Notes: generated by a model from the letters alone, not told the origin. DNA of 24,000 bases from an uncultured Campylobacterales bacterium (GCA_902727925.1 CACVAW010000061.1:42739-66738), one strand, 5' to 3'. Shown: positions 7,460 through 17,199, counted from the stretch's first letter. Numbers and translations: made by a program.

Positions 7460-8797
7460 TCATTTAAAATCTTTTTCATTAAATTTAGCAATGATCTTAT
7501 TTATTTTTAACATGTCATTATGTGAATACATGTTAGATATGAGGTTTTTTCTATTTATTAATGACTTGAACTCTGAAATTTCATACCTTAAACCATCACC
7601 TTCAAACTCATAATTAAAATTATATTCTTTATGAATATCTTCAAATTTTATTTTAAATTCTCTTGTTAACCACCATGGAGCAGGTATAACTATATACCCC
7701 TTGGTTCCTGAAATAACAGCTTCTCCTTCTGATTTCATACCGATACCAACGGTAGAAATAGAAACTTTATTATCTTTATGTTTACAAATAATTGTATTAG
7801 ACAAATCAACATTATTATCTTTTTGAGTATAAAATACTATATCTTCTACATCACCTAGAAGTTTTGTAGCTAATAATAGTGGATAAGTCGATAGTTCATT
7901 TGTAGCACCGCCAAATGGACTTTGCCATTCTCTTAATGTTCTATCTTCAATAAGCTTGGTAAAGGTAGCTTTGACTTCTATAACATCTCCAATAATTCCA
8001 CTTTTAATCTCATCTAATAGTTTATTAAATGCGGGCAAGAAGGCTGTTTTAACAGCTTCTAATAGAATTAAATTATTTTCTAACGCTAATTCCACCAATT
8101 CTTCTACTTCTTTGACTTTAAGAGTAATTGGTTTTTCACATAATAAATGTTTTTTATTATGTAAAACTTTTTTACTCTGTTCATAATGATTCTCATGTGG
8201 TGAAGCTATATAAACAGCATCAATATCAGACTTCAGAAAAGAGTCTAAGTTATCAAATCCATATAAAATATCATGATTTTGAATAAAAGATTTAACATTT
8301 TTCATGTCTCTTGAATATACACTATGTACTTCTATTCCCTCAACAAATGAACATTCAGTGGCAAATCTATGAGCTATTCTACCTGTACCTATTATACCTA
8401 ACTTGATACTATCAATACTCTTTCGAAGTTGCGTACTAGAGATATCTTTAGTTCTGGGTAGATATATTACTTCACAAAAGTCTTTTAAATAATCAAATTT
8501 TCCAATCCAATCATCACCTATGACAAATCTATCTACTTTATAGTGTTTAATGTCTTCAATTTTTTGATTTTTATGTGTTTCCACAATTACTTTATCAACA
8601 AAATCTAATTTTTTAATTGCATTTAATCTTGTTTCTAAATCCTGAACAACATTTAGTTTTCCTCTAGATCTATCATATATTTCAGAGGTAACACCTACTA
8701 TTAAGTGATCACCAAATTCTTTTGCTCTTTTTAAAATATTTAAATGCCCTATATGAAATAAATCAAATGTACCATATGTAATTACTATTTTTGCCAT
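7460..8797 (-). CDS. Fusion protein: TagD-like (glycerol-3-phosphate-type) cytidylyltransferase N-domain plus Gfo/Idh/MocA-family NAD(P) oxidoreductase C-domain
   Basis: The N-terminus 'ITYGTFDLFHIGHLNILKRA' carries the HxGH motif, and 'RTKDISSTQLR' is the RTxGISTT-type motif. From about residue 130, 'KLGIIGTGRIAHRF' is a Rossmann motif and 'EKP' (in 'CEKPIT') is typical of Gfo/Idh/MocA. An AGGAG RBS lies upstream on the minus strand. Confidence 0.75.
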   Translation of the reverse strand: MAKIVITYGTFDLFHIGHLNILKRAKEFGDHLIVGVTSEIYDRSRGKLNVVQDLETRLNAIKKLDFVDKVIVETHKNQKIEDIKHYKVDRFVIGDDWIGKFDYLKDFCEVIYLPRTKDISSTQLRKSIDSIKLGIIGTGRIAHRFATECSFVEGIEVHSVYSRDMKNVKSFIQNHDILYGFDNLDSFLKSDIDAVYIASPHENHYEQSKKVLHNKKHLLCEKPITLKVKEVEELVELALENNLILLEAVKTAFLPAFNKLLDEIKSGIIGDVIEVKATFTKLIEDRTLREWQSPFGGATNELSTYPLLLATKLLGDVEDIVFYTQKDNNVDLSNTIICKHKDNKVSISTVGIGMKSEGEAVISGTKGYIVIPAPWWLTREFKIKFEDIHKEYNFNYEFEGDGLRYEISEFKSLINRKNLISNMYSHNDMLKINKIIAKFNEKDFK

Positions 8798-8936
8798 AAT
8801 GAGTTTCTCCTAATCCAAAAAAATCTACTACTCAAAACATAAATAACACTCATACTTCTAAAGTATAGAAAGGTAGAAAGTTTGATAAAAGTTTTTTTAT
8901 TTTCTGTATTTGTTGAACTTATAAAATTACTTTATT

Positions 8937-10184
8937 TTACATATATTTTTTTAGTACTTCAGGTATTTCTATGCTTCCATCTGCTTTTTGGAAGTTTTCC
9001 ATTATGGCTATCATAGTTCTTCCTACGGCTAGACTTGATCCATTTAGAGTGTGTAGGAATTTATTTTTACCATCTGTGTCTTTATATCTTATTTTGGCTC
9101 GTCTTGATTGAAATTCTTGTGTATTTGAGATAGAACTTATTTCTCTATAGCAATTTTGCGCGGGAAACCATACTTCAAGATCAGTGGTACTTGAGGCACT
9201 AAATCCTAGGTCTCCAGTACATAGGTTCATATGTCTGTGAGCGAGTCCAAGTGAGCTTAGTAAGTCACTCGCACACTTTACCATCTCATCAAATATCTTA
9301 GCACTATCATCAGGATGAGATAGTACTACAAGTTCTACTTTGTCAAATTGATGTTGTCTTATCATACCTCTTGTATCTCTTCCAGCACTTCCAGCTTCTT
9401 TTCTAAAGCACGGTGTATAAGCTGTAAGTTTTACAGGTAGGTCATCTTTTGCAACTATTTCATCATTATATATATTGGTGAGGGGTACTTCAGCTGTTGG
9501 GATTAGAAATAGGTCTTCACCTTCTATTTTGAATAGGTCATTTTCGAATTTTGGGAGTTGTCCAGTTCCTGTCATTGTAGGTCTATTTACTATGAGGGGT
9601 ACACATACCTCTTCATATCCTCTCTCACGGTTGAAGTCGATCATATAGTTGATCAAGGCTCTTTCTAGTCTGGCTCCATCACCTCTTAGAAGTGAGAATC
9701 TACTTTTTGCTAGTTTTACACCTCTTTTGAAGTCTATCCAGCCATTTTGTTCTGCTAGGTCTGAGTGTTCTAGTACAGGAAAGTCAAATGTAGGGATGTC
9801 TAGGACTTTTTTAATCTCTATATTTTCGCTTTCATCTACGCCTATTGGTACTGTATCAGCAGGTATATTAGGGATGATAAGAGCTTTTTGTTGTAGGGTT
9901 TCTTCTATTTCTCTAACTTCTTCTTGAAGAGTTGCCATATTCTTTTTATTTTCTGCTAATTTTGCTTGAAGTTCTTTTATATCTTTGTTTTCTTTTTTGT
10001 ATACACCAAAAAGTTTACTTTGTTTATTTTGATCAGCTTGTAGTACTTCTAGAGCTGTTCTTTTCTCTTTTAGTTTTTGAAAAGATGTTTTTATTTCATT
10101 TAGTGACTCTGTTGAAACACCTTTTTTGAGTAACTTCTCGCCTACTTCATCAAAGTTGTTTTGTAAGTTTTTTAAATCTATCAT
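8937..10184 (-). CDS. serS: Serine--tRNA ligase
   Basis: It has an N-terminal coiled-coil arm and the class II core motifs 'TAEVPLTN', '[25 protein letters not shown]' and '[16 protein letters not shown]'. At 415 aa the length is typical. Confidence 0.95.
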   Translation of the reverse strand: MIDLKNLQNNFDEVGEKLLKKGVSTESLNEIKTSFQKLKEKRTALEVLQADQNKQSKLFGVYKKENKDIKELQAKLAENKKNMATLQEEVREIEETLQQKALIIPNIPADTVPIGVDESENIEIKKVLDIPTFDFPVLEHSDLAEQNGWIDFKRGVKLAKSRFSLLRGDGARLERALINYMIDFNRERGYEEVCVPLIVNRPTMTGTGQLPKFENDLFKIEGEDLFLIPTAEVPLTNIYNDEIVAKDDLPVKLTAYTPCFRKEAGSAGRDTRGMIRQHQFDKVELVVLSHPDDSAKIFDEMVKCASDLLSSLGLAHRHMNLCTGDLGFSASSTTDLEVWFPAQNCYREISSISNTQEFQSRRAKIRYKDTDGKNKFLHTLNGSSLAVGRTMIAIMENFQKADGSIEIPEVLKKYM

Positions 10185-10199
10185 TATTATATGCCTTGC

Positions 10200-10538
10200 T
10201 TATATGTCATCATTGTTTTTTGTAGATTCTATTATAACAAATACAACAGAAACTAGGTTAGCTACCAATGCTCCAACGCTAAGAGCAACTGCTGTAGTAG
10301 TACTATCAAATATAACCATAGCCAAAAATGCTGGAATAAGGTGCAAGTCTGATACTAGTGAGCTTGCTAGCATTTGAGCTGAAAGAGCATTTTTTATACC
10401 TATTTTAAGAAATGTTGACATTAGGTTGAACCCAGCTGCTATGAAAAGTATCACAGCGTCATTAAGATATACAAATCCTGCAACTGTAGTCAAACTCATA
10501 AGAGTAAAAAATGTGTATGTAATTCTTTCCCAATTCAT
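10200..10538 (-). CDS. Small integral membrane protein of unknown function (112 aa, about 3-4 TM segments)
   Basis: The ORF has hydrophobic segments and ends 15 nt upstream of serS on the same strand. I recognise no family. Confidence 0.45.
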   Translation of the reverse strand: MNWERITYTFFTLMSLTTVAGFVYLNDAVILFIAAGFNLMSTFLKIGIKNALSAQMLASSLVSDLHLIPAFLAMVIFDSTTTAVALSVGALVANLVSVVFVIIESTKNNDDI

Positions 10539-10554
10539 GTATATCCTTGTTAAT

Positions 10555-10619
10555 TGTAAATTATGAATGATGAGTTATGAATTAGTAGGTATACTAAAAT
10601 TCATCATTTATAATTTACA
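10555..10619. repeat. AT-rich 22-bp-arm inverted repeat (hairpin) immediately 3' of the four-helix-bundle gene
   Basis: The left arm TGTAAATTATGAATGATGAGTT (10555-10576) pairs with AATTCATCATTTATAATTTACA (10598-10619). 20 of 22 positions are complementary, and both mismatches are G:T on the plus strand. The loop is 21 nt. Confidence 0.8.
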
Positions 10620-10621
10620 AT

Positions 10622-10972
10622 TTAATTTCTAGCCTTAGTCGTTATGATTATTGAAGAAATTATTTTTTTAATTTCTTCAATTTTTAGTTTCATATCAGAA
10701 AAAGTATTATCATTAATATAATCAGACTTGAATAAAAGTTCTAACCAATACTCAGTCTCATTAGCTTCTTTTTGAGCTATAGCCATTTTATGAATAAAGT
10801 CTGCTTTGCTTTCAGCATGTTGAGATTCTCTTATCATAGCTCCTATAGATGTTCCACTTCTTAATATCTGTTTAGATAGAACAAACTCGTTTTTAGATTG
10901 AAGAAATTTAAAAATTTTTATAATTTCTAAAGCAAATTCAAAAGACTTATTTTTAATTACATTTTTTTTCAT
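10622..10972 (-). CDS. Four-helix-bundle protein (23S rRNA intervening-sequence protein / Avd-like family)
   Basis: It has 'LRSGTSIGAMIRESQHAESKADFIHKMAIAQKEANETEYWLELL', the hallmark core of the TIGR02436-type four-helix-bundle family. At 116 aa the length is typical. Confidence 0.85.
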   Translation of the reverse strand: MKKNVIKNKSFEFALEIIKIFKFLQSKNEFVLSKQILRSGTSIGAMIRESQHAESKADFIHKMAIAQKEANETEYWLELLFKSDYINDNTFSDMKLKIEEIKKIISSIIITTKARN

Positions 10973-10987
10973 AAAAAATAAATCCTT

Positions 10988-11027
10988 AATTCATCATTCA
11001 TCATTTATAATTCATAATTCATAATTT
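10988..11027. repeat. Repeat-rich 5' flank of the four-helix-bundle gene, related to the 10555-10619 arms
   Basis: The sequence is TAATTCATCATTCATCATTTATAATTCATAATTCATAATTTT. It contains AATTCATCATT...CATCATTTATAATT, a direct copy of the 10598-10614 arm and therefore the reverse complement of the 10555-10576 arm. Confidence 0.7.
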
Positions 11028-11028
11028 T

Positions 11029-12003
11029 TTACAGCGTCCCACCACTTTCATACATTGCTCTTTGCTTTGCTTTTTCTATCTCTTTTTTCTTTTTTAATGC
11101 TAAGCTTTCTCTAAATTTAAAGAGATCAAACCTTAAGTACTGAAGCATATTTGAAGCTATGAAAACAGAACTGTATGTTCCTACTATTACACCAACAAGA
11201 AGTGTGAAACTAAATCCTTTTATTATTTCTCCACCAAATAGGTATAGAGTCAGTACTACAAAAAATGTTGTTAATGATGTAAGTATAGTACGTGATAATG
11301 TTTGCGATACGGAACTATTTATTAGGTCAAAAAGTTTTTTTATTCTAGTTACTATTATGTTTTCTCGTATTCTATCAAATACTATTATAGTATCATTTAG
11401 TGAGTACCCAAGTATTGTTAGGAGTGCTGCAAGGATATCTAGATTGATATCTATTTGAAATAGTACTAAGAATCCTAGACAGATTGTTATATCATGGAAT
11501 AAAGCTATGATTGAAGATATAGCAAATCTAAATTCAAACCTAATAGCAACATAAACAAGAATAACTAACATCGAAAGAGCCATTGCAAGTAGGCCTTTTG
11601 TTTTTAGCTCATCTCCGATTTTTGGTCCTACTATATCTTCTCTTCTTATCTCAAAGTTTCCAGTGTCTTTTAGTAAGACACTTATTTCTTCACTTAGGTT
11701 TGTAGATATATCGTTGTTTGAACTTCCTATTCTTATGATAATTTCATCAGGCGAACCAAATTCTGTGATACTTGCACTTTTGAATTTTTTTTCAACAGAC
11801 AGAGTGTTTCTTATCTCTTGTAGTGGTGCTGGTTTGTCATATTTGATTTGTACTAGTGTCCCACCTGTAAAGTCAAGTCCATAGTTAAGACCTTTTGTCA
11901 TTATAAGACCAAGTGAAGTTACTACTAATATTATTGATATTATAAGAGCTAGTTTTGATTTTCCCATAAAGTCATAAGTTTTATTTTTAGAAAAAATTTG
12001 CAT
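11029..12003 (-). CDS. secF: Protein translocase subunit SecF
   Basis: It has 'GLDFTGGT' near the N-terminus and a C-terminal six-TM block with 'GYSLNDTIVFDRIRE'. It lies directly downstream of secD, sharing 1 nt (12003). Confidence 0.93.
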   Translation of the reverse strand: MQIFSKNKTYDFMGKSKLALIISIILVVTSLGLIMTKGLNYGLDFTGGTLVQIKYDKPAPLQEIRNTLSVEKKFKSASITEFGSPDEIIIRIGSSNNDISTNLSEEISVLLKDTGNFEIRREDIVGPKIGDELKTKGLLAMALSMLVILVYVAIRFEFRFAISSIIALFHDITICLGFLVLFQIDINLDILAALLTILGYSLNDTIIVFDRIRENIIVTRIKKLFDLINSSVSQTLSRTILTSLTTFFVVLTLYLFGGEIIKGFSFTLLVGVIVGTYSSVFIASNMLQYLRFDLFKFRESLALKKKKEIEKAKQRAMYESGGTL

Positions 12004-13553
12004 TACTTAACCACCTTTATGCCAAACCATAAGTTACTGTTTTTAATTCTTTTTTCAAAAAGTTGATAAATACCTCTTGTACCAACAATCGCTGTAAGCA
12101 TTGAAGCAAGTATTCCTATACTAATAGTGATGGCAAATCCTTTTATAGGACCAGTTCCGTATCCATAAAGTATAATAGCAACAAGTAAAGTAGTTATATT
12201 TGCATCAAATATTGCAGAAAATGCATTTTCATAACCTTCTTTGATAGATTGCTTGATACTTTTACCTTCTCTTAAAAATTCTCGTATTCTTTCGTTTATG
12301 ATTACATTTGCGTCCACTGCCATACCGACAGTAAGTACAATTCCTGCCATTCCAGGTAGAGTAAGAGTAGCTCCAAAGAATGCCATGACAGCAAGTATTA
12401 TAAATAGATTTGATATTAGTGCAAGGTTTGATATTAGTCCACTTGTTTTGTAATAAACAAGCATAAAGATAATAACCATCAAAAACCCAATAAGCAAAGA
12501 TATCATACCAGCATTTATACTATCTGATCCAAGTGATGGTCCAACACTTCTTTTTTCAAGTAGTACTATAGGAGCAAGTAAAGCTCCACTTCTTAGAGCT
12601 ACTGCTACATCTCTAGCTTCTTCTAAGCTAAATTGCCCTGTGATTTGTCCAGATCCTGCAATTCTTGCTTGTACAGTTGGTGCTGAGTAGACTTTATTAT
12701 CAAGCACAACTGCAAGTCTATTTCCTATATTATTTTCAGTAAAGTTTGCAAATATTTTTGCACCAATACTATTTAAGCTAAAGCCTATCATTGGTCTGTT
12801 TTGTTGATCAAATTCCACTCTAGCATCTGTGAGCATGTCACCCTCAACTATAGGAAGTTCTTTTACAAGGTACTTTAGGTTTTCATCTGAGATATCAGGA
12901 AGTATTATATTGTTAAATTCACTTAGTTTTTTTTCACTTATATCATATACTTGATCAGCTCTTGGTTCATCAACAGCCATAAGTTGCAGGTGTGAAGGAG
13001 CTGCTATTAGTTCTCTTATTCTTTTTTCTTCAGCAGGAGTTTTTACACCAGCGATTTCGACTAGTATTTTATCTTTGCCTTGACGAGCAACTACAGGTTC
13101 ACTAAGACCAAACTGATTTAGTCTATTTCTTATAGTGTCAATTGCTTGGTTAAGTGCAAACTCTTTGATATCTAATTTTTCTTGCTCAGTAAATTTTATT
13201 TTATATATATTATTGTCTTGGGATATCAAAACGCCTTTATATTCACCAAGAAGTTTATCTAAGTTTGCTTTTTCATCATTATCAAGAAGTTCAAAAGATA
13301 TTATAGAGTCATTTACTCTTAAGTCATCTATATATATCTCTTCATCTTGGCAAGAATACTTTATACCTGTAGCTACAGATTTGAGCTTTGATTTTATAGC
13401 TTCTTCATCTTTGATTCCCAGAAGCATATTTATTCCACCTTGAAGATCAAGGCCTAAGTTTATTTTTTTACCTTCCATATTTGTTAAAGACGGTAAAGAA
13501 AATACTATTCCAAATATAAAGGTAATAGCAAATAAAACAATTCTAAAATTCAT
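12003..13553 (-). CDS. secD: Protein translocase subunit SecD
   Basis: It has 'LGLDLQGG', a periplasmic domain, and a C-terminal TM block with 'GIVLTVGMAVDANVIINERIRE'. At 516 aa the length is typical. Confidence 0.93.
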   Translation of the reverse strand: MNFRIVLFAITFIFGIVFSLPSLTNMEGKKINLGLDLQGGINMLLGIKDEEAIKSKLKSVATGIKYSCQDEEIYIDDLRVNDSIISFELLDNDEKANLDKLLGEYKGVLISQDNNIYKIKFTEQEKLDIKEFALNQAIDTIRNRLNQFGLSEPVVARQGKDKILVEIAGVKTPAEEKRIRELIAAPSHLQLMAVDEPRADQVYDISEKKLSEFNNIILPDISDENLKYLVKELPIVEGDMLTDARVEFDQQNRPMIGFSLNSIGAKIFANFTENNIGNRLAVVLDNKVYSAPTVQARIAGSGQITGQFSLEEARDVAVALRSGALLAPIVLLEKRSVGPSLGSDSINAGMISLLIGFLMVIIFMLVYYKTSGLISNLALISNLFIILAVMAFFGATLTLPGMAGIVLTVGMAVDANVIINERIREFLREGKSIKQSIKEGYENAFSAIFDANITTLLVAIILYGYGTGPIKGFAITISIGILASMLTAIVGTRGIYQLFEKRIKNSNLWFGIKVVK

Positions 13554-13556
13554 TAA

Positions 13557-13829
13557 TTAATCTTCTTTCTTTTTAGATATAAATTCTTTGTCTATTTTTA
13601 CTTCGATACCAGCGTCTAGTTCTGCTTTTATAAAAGTAGCTTCATTTTTAAGAACTTTTACGATTAGTCCACCGTTAGTTACTATAGTATCACCTCTTTT
13701 TAGAGACTCTAACATCTCTTTGTGTGATTTTTGAGATTTTTGTTGAGGACGAATTACCAGAAAGTAAAATATAGCGAAAAAGAAAACGAAAGGTAGAAGT
13801 AAATCTACAAAAGAAGCTGAGTTTGACAT
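13557..13829 (-). CDS. yajC: Preprotein translocase subunit YajC
   Basis: It has 'FYFLVIRPQQKSQKSHKEMLESLKRGDTIVTNGGLIVKV', the canonical YajC motif, and sits directly upstream of secD. Confidence 0.9.
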   Translation of the reverse strand: MSNSASFVDLLLPFVFFFAIFYFLVIRPQQKSQKSHKEMLESLKRGDTIVTNGGLIVKVLKNEATFIKAELDAGIEVKIDKEFISKKKED

Positions 13830-13930
13830 TTGTGTGTATCCTTGAGTGTTTTTAAGTCTATTTTAATTGCGTGATTATATCAATAGTAGTTATATATTAG
13901 CTTATTGTTTACTTTTCTAGGATAAAGAAC

Positions 13931-14422
13931 TTAAGCGACATTTCCAAATGTTTTTTTAGGTCTTGGATAGCCAACAGGATGATTAACCCAGTTCCAACCT
14001 ATTTGGTTTGTGTTACCTCCATATATTGGATCACAAAAGGTAGATTCTATTGTATAATAGAGCATTAAAGATACCCACTGGCTTCCCAAACCACTTTGTG
14101 AGAAGTTATTTAGTAGTTTTTCTTTTTTTGATTTTGGAAGAACATTGAAATTTTTTTCATAGAGATATTTTACACCTTGTTTTAATACTCTTATATCTCT
14201 TGAGTCAAATGAGCTATGTATAGAGACATTTTTAAGATATTTTGTAGATTGTAATTCTTTTGCACTTGGTCCGAACTTACTTTTAGGCATTAATATGTTT
14301 TGAGCATTTTCTATGGTTGTCCAAAAGTAGTTGTTTGTTTTTGCACAGCTAGTTATTGTTAAAGCTAAGATAGCACTTGATTTTATAAAGTTTCTTCTTT
14401 GCATTTTTATTTTCCTCTTCAC
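13931..14422 (-). CDS. Tat-signal protein of the gluconate 2-dehydrogenase subunit 3 family (the small subunit of GMC-type flavoprotein dehydrogenases)
   Basis: The twin-arginine motif 'QRRNFIKSSAILALT' is followed by a Cys ('TSC'). The C-terminus 'CDPIYGGNTNQIGWNWV' is typical of this family. The start may instead be the internal Met (MQRRNF, 14404). Confidence 0.55.
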   Translation of the reverse strand: MKRKIKMQRRNFIKSSAILALTITSCAKTNNYFWTTIENAQNILMPKSKFGPSAKELQSTKYLKNVSIHSSFDSRDIRVLKQGVKYLYEKNFNVLPKSKKEKLLNNFSQSGLGSQWVSLMLYYTIESTFCDPIYGGNTNQIGWNWVNHPVGYPRPKKTFGNVA

Positions 14423-14491
14423 AAATATACTATTATTTAATATGTTAAAGTTTATAATACTTAAAAAAACAAAGAGTGATCAATATAATTT

Positions 14492-15103
14492 ATGAAACTT
14501 ATTAACAATAATTCTGAAAATATAACAAAAGAACTAATTAATTCAAAAGAACTATTAGTTTTGAATAAGCCTAAAGGTTATGTGGTCACACGGTCTGATG
14601 AACGCCGCAGGAAAACAGTTTATGATCTTTTGCCTGATTGGGTTTTTGATGATGGATGGATGCCTATAGGAAGATTGGATTTAGAATCTAAAGGGCTTTT
14701 ACTGTTTACTACTAACGGAAGACTTGGTAATGCATTAACTAAGCCAGGAAATTGTATTAAAACATATCAGATTTGGGTTAGAGGTCATGTAACAGATGAG
14801 CATATCGTACAGGCTATAAGAGGGGTGGAAAGTAAAGATGAATTACTCAAAGCTCTAAGTGTGAAAAAAATAGGTACAGGTGGAGCAAAAACAAAACTTA
14901 TAGTACAAATAGATGAAGGAAAAAACAGACATATACGCCGTCTTTTTGGAGAGCTAAAAGACCTTAAGTTCGGAACATCTTTAAAGGTGCTAAGCCTAAA
15001 TAGAATTAGTATAGGTAATTTTAATCTTGATGTTGAGATTGGTAAGTGGCGTTATCTTTTGTTAGACGAAGAAAAAAGACTAACTAAGGGTATATTTCCA
15101 TAG
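14492..15103 (+). CDS. rRNA pseudouridine synthase, RsuA/RluB/RluE/RluF family (RluE-like, with no S4 domain)
   Basis: It has 'LVLNKPKGYVVT', the catalytic-Asp motif 'GRLDLESKGLLLFTTNG', and 'EGKNRHIRRLF'. Confidence 0.85.
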   Translation: MKLINNNSENITKELINSKELLVLNKPKGYVVTRSDERRRKTVYDLLPDWVFDDGWMPIGRLDLESKGLLLFTTNGRLGNALTKPGNCIKTYQIWVRGHVTDEHIVQAIRGVESKDELLKALSVKKIGTGGAKTKLIVQIDEGKNRHIRRLFGELKDLKFGTSLKVLSLNRISIGNFNLDVEIGKWRYLLLDEEKRLTKGIFP

Positions 15104-15151
15104 ACAAAGAATTTTTCTATAAAATCACGCTTTTAGTATTAAGGATTTTAT

Positions 15152-17170
15152 TTGTATAAAGAGTTGTTAATTGAAATTGGAGTAGAAGAACTTCCAGCCA
15201 TACCGTTTTTAAAAGAGTATAAAAATATTAAACAAAAATGGCAAAGTATATTGTCAAAATATAATTTAAATAGTGAATTTGAATTTAATTACACTCCTAG
15301 AAGACTAGTATTAATACATAATGAATTTCCTTTAAAACAATCAGACGTCAAAAATGAAATATATGGAGCTCCTACTTCTATAGCATATAAAGATGGCGTT
15401 CCAACAAATGCGTTGAATGGATTTTTGAAGAAAAATAATATCGAATTAAAAGACGTTAGTACTGCTACAAAAAATGGTAAAGAAGTACTTTTTTATGAAG
15501 AAAATATTGAGGGCAAGAAAAGTTCTGAACTTATTGGATCTATGATAGAAGAGTTTTTGTTTAGTCTTAATTTTGGTAAATCTATGAGATGGGGAAAAGA
15601 AAAGAAAAGCTTTATTAGACCTATAAGATGGGTGAATGTTGTGTTTGAAGATAACATTGATTTTGAACTTTTTGGAGTTAAAATTTCAAATCACTCATAT
15701 CCTCATAGAGACATCTCTTATGAATCCCAAGATATTAGTTCAAAAGAAGATTATTTTCTTTTCTTGGAAAACAACGGCGTTATATTAGATGAAAATATCA
15801 GAAAAGAAAAAATATTAAAAGAATTTAAAAGTATTGAAGAACAAAATAGTATTGACATAGAAATAGATAATGAACTACTAGATGAGGTTGTGGCTATTAC
15901 GGAATATCCAACAGCATTACTTGGTGAGTTTGATGAGAAGTTTTTACAAATGCCAAGTGAGATTATCATCATATCTATGAAAGAACATCAAAGATATTTC
16001 CCAGTATTTAAAGACGCAAAGCTTACAAATAAGTTTATTGTAGTTTCAAACTCTTTGAGTTCTGATAAATCTCTAATTGTAAAAGGAAATGAAAAAGTTC
16101 TTTTAGCAAGACTTGATGATGGACTGTTTTTTTATGAAAATGATAAGAAATCATTACTTCAGCCTGAGTTATTAAAAAATGTACTTTTCATGAAAGGTCT
16201 TGGAAGTGTTTATGACAAACAATTAAGAGAACAAAAGATAGCAAAAGCACTTTTTGATCAGTATAAAGATAGCTCAAACTTAGATGAAAAGCTACTTAGT
16301 AGAGCTGTGGAACTGAGTAAGGCTGATCTTAATACTGAAGTTGTATGTGAATTTGATAAGCTTCAAGGTCTTATTGGCTCGTATTATGCAGAATTTATGA
16401 ATGAAGAGAAGAAAGTAGTACTTGCTATAAAAGAGCAGTATTTACCTATTGGTCAAAACTCAGAACTACCATCAACACTTTTTAGTGCGATAGTTGCATT
16501 ATCTATTAAAATAGACACTCTTTTTTCTATGTTTAGTATAGGTAAAGTTCCTACAGGTTCATCTGATCCGTTTGCTCTTAGAAGAGCTGTGATTGGTATT
16601 ATTAAGACAGTATTAGAGTATAACTTGTCATTTGATTTTAGGAGTGTGTATAATGCCGTATCAGGCACTTACGAGACCTTTGATTTTGATAAGCTAGATG
16701 CCTTTGTAGAAGAGAGAATATATCAGTATTTTGATACTAATAACTCTATCATCGCGTCAGTACTAAAGACAAACGAAAAAGATATATACAAAATTGCCAA
16801 AAAAATAGAAGCAATAGAAAACATATCTAAACAAAAATCTTTTAAAGAGAATTTTTCTACATTCAAAAGAGTCTCAAATATAATAAAAGATTTGAATTTA
16901 AATGATATTAGTGTAGATATCTCATTATTAAAACAAAAAGAAGAGACAATCTTGTATAATGAAACAATCAAAGTATCAAATAAAAAATATGATTCATATC
17001 AAGAAAAAGCACAAGAGTTATTTGGATTAAAACCTTATATTGATGACTTTTTTGAAAATATTATGGTTAATGCAGAAGATGAAAAACTAAAAACGAATAG
17101 ACAAAGCATATTGGGTCTCATATATAAAGAGTTTTTAGAAATTGCAGATATAAAAGAGATAAGTATATAA
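15152..17170 (+). CDS. glyS: Glycine--tRNA ligase beta subunit (TTG start)
   Basis: The N-terminus 'ELLIEIGVEELPA' is the GlyS hallmark, and it also has 'TPRRL', 'RPIRW' and 'DPFALRRA'. At 672 aa the length is typical. An AAGGA RBS lies upstream. Confidence 0.92.
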   Translation: MYKELLIEIGVEELPAIPFLKEYKNIKQKWQSILSKYNLNSEFEFNYTPRRLVLIHNEFPLKQSDVKNEIYGAPTSIAYKDGVPTNALNGFLKKNNIELKDVSTATKNGKEVLFYEENIEGKKSSELIGSMIEEFLFSLNFGKSMRWGKEKKSFIRPIRWVNVVFEDNIDFELFGVKISNHSYPHRDISYESQDISSKEDYFLFLENNGVILDENIRKEKILKEFKSIEEQNSIDIEIDNELLDEVVAITEYPTALLGEFDEKFLQMPSEIIIISMKEHQRYFPVFKDAKLTNKFIVVSNSLSSDKSLIVKGNEKVLLARLDDGLFFYENDKKSLLQPELLKNVLFMKGLGSVYDKQLREQKIAKALFDQYKDSSNLDEKLLSRAVELSKADLNTEVVCEFDKLQGLIGSYYAEFMNEEKKVVLAIKEQYLPIGQNSELPSTLFSAIVALSIKIDTLFSMFSIGKVPTGSSDPFALRRAVIGIIKTVLEYNLSFDFRSVYNAVSGTYETFDFDKLDAFVEERIYQYFDTNNSIIASVLKTNEKDIYKIAKKIEAIENISKQKSFKENFSTFKRVSNIIKDLNLNDISVDISLLKQKEETILYNETIKVSNKKYDSYQEKAQELFGLKPYIDDFFENIMVNAEDEKLKTNRQSILGLIYKEFLEIADIKEISI

Positions 17171-17199
17171 TAACGCAGAAGTAAACTAGGAGAAAGACA

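Noticed and set aside
10622-10972. The four-helix-bundle gene as the Avd accessory protein of a diversity-generating retroelement
   Set aside because: Avd proteins belong to the same fold family, but no reverse transcriptase gene and no template/variable repeat pair are visible within several kb. The neighbours are secF and a small membrane-protein gene.
7956-13443. Plus-strand ORFs antisense to the cytidylyltransferase fusion, serS, membrane protein, secF and secD genes (7956-8186, 9649-9927, 9932-10129, 10126-10377, 11159-11458, 11663-11884, 12241-12453, 13135-13443)
   Set aside because: Each lies wholly inside, or antisense to, a strongly supported minus-strand gene. The products are low-complexity Ser/Leu/Ile/Phe-rich sequences, as expected from antisense frames in AT-rich DNA.
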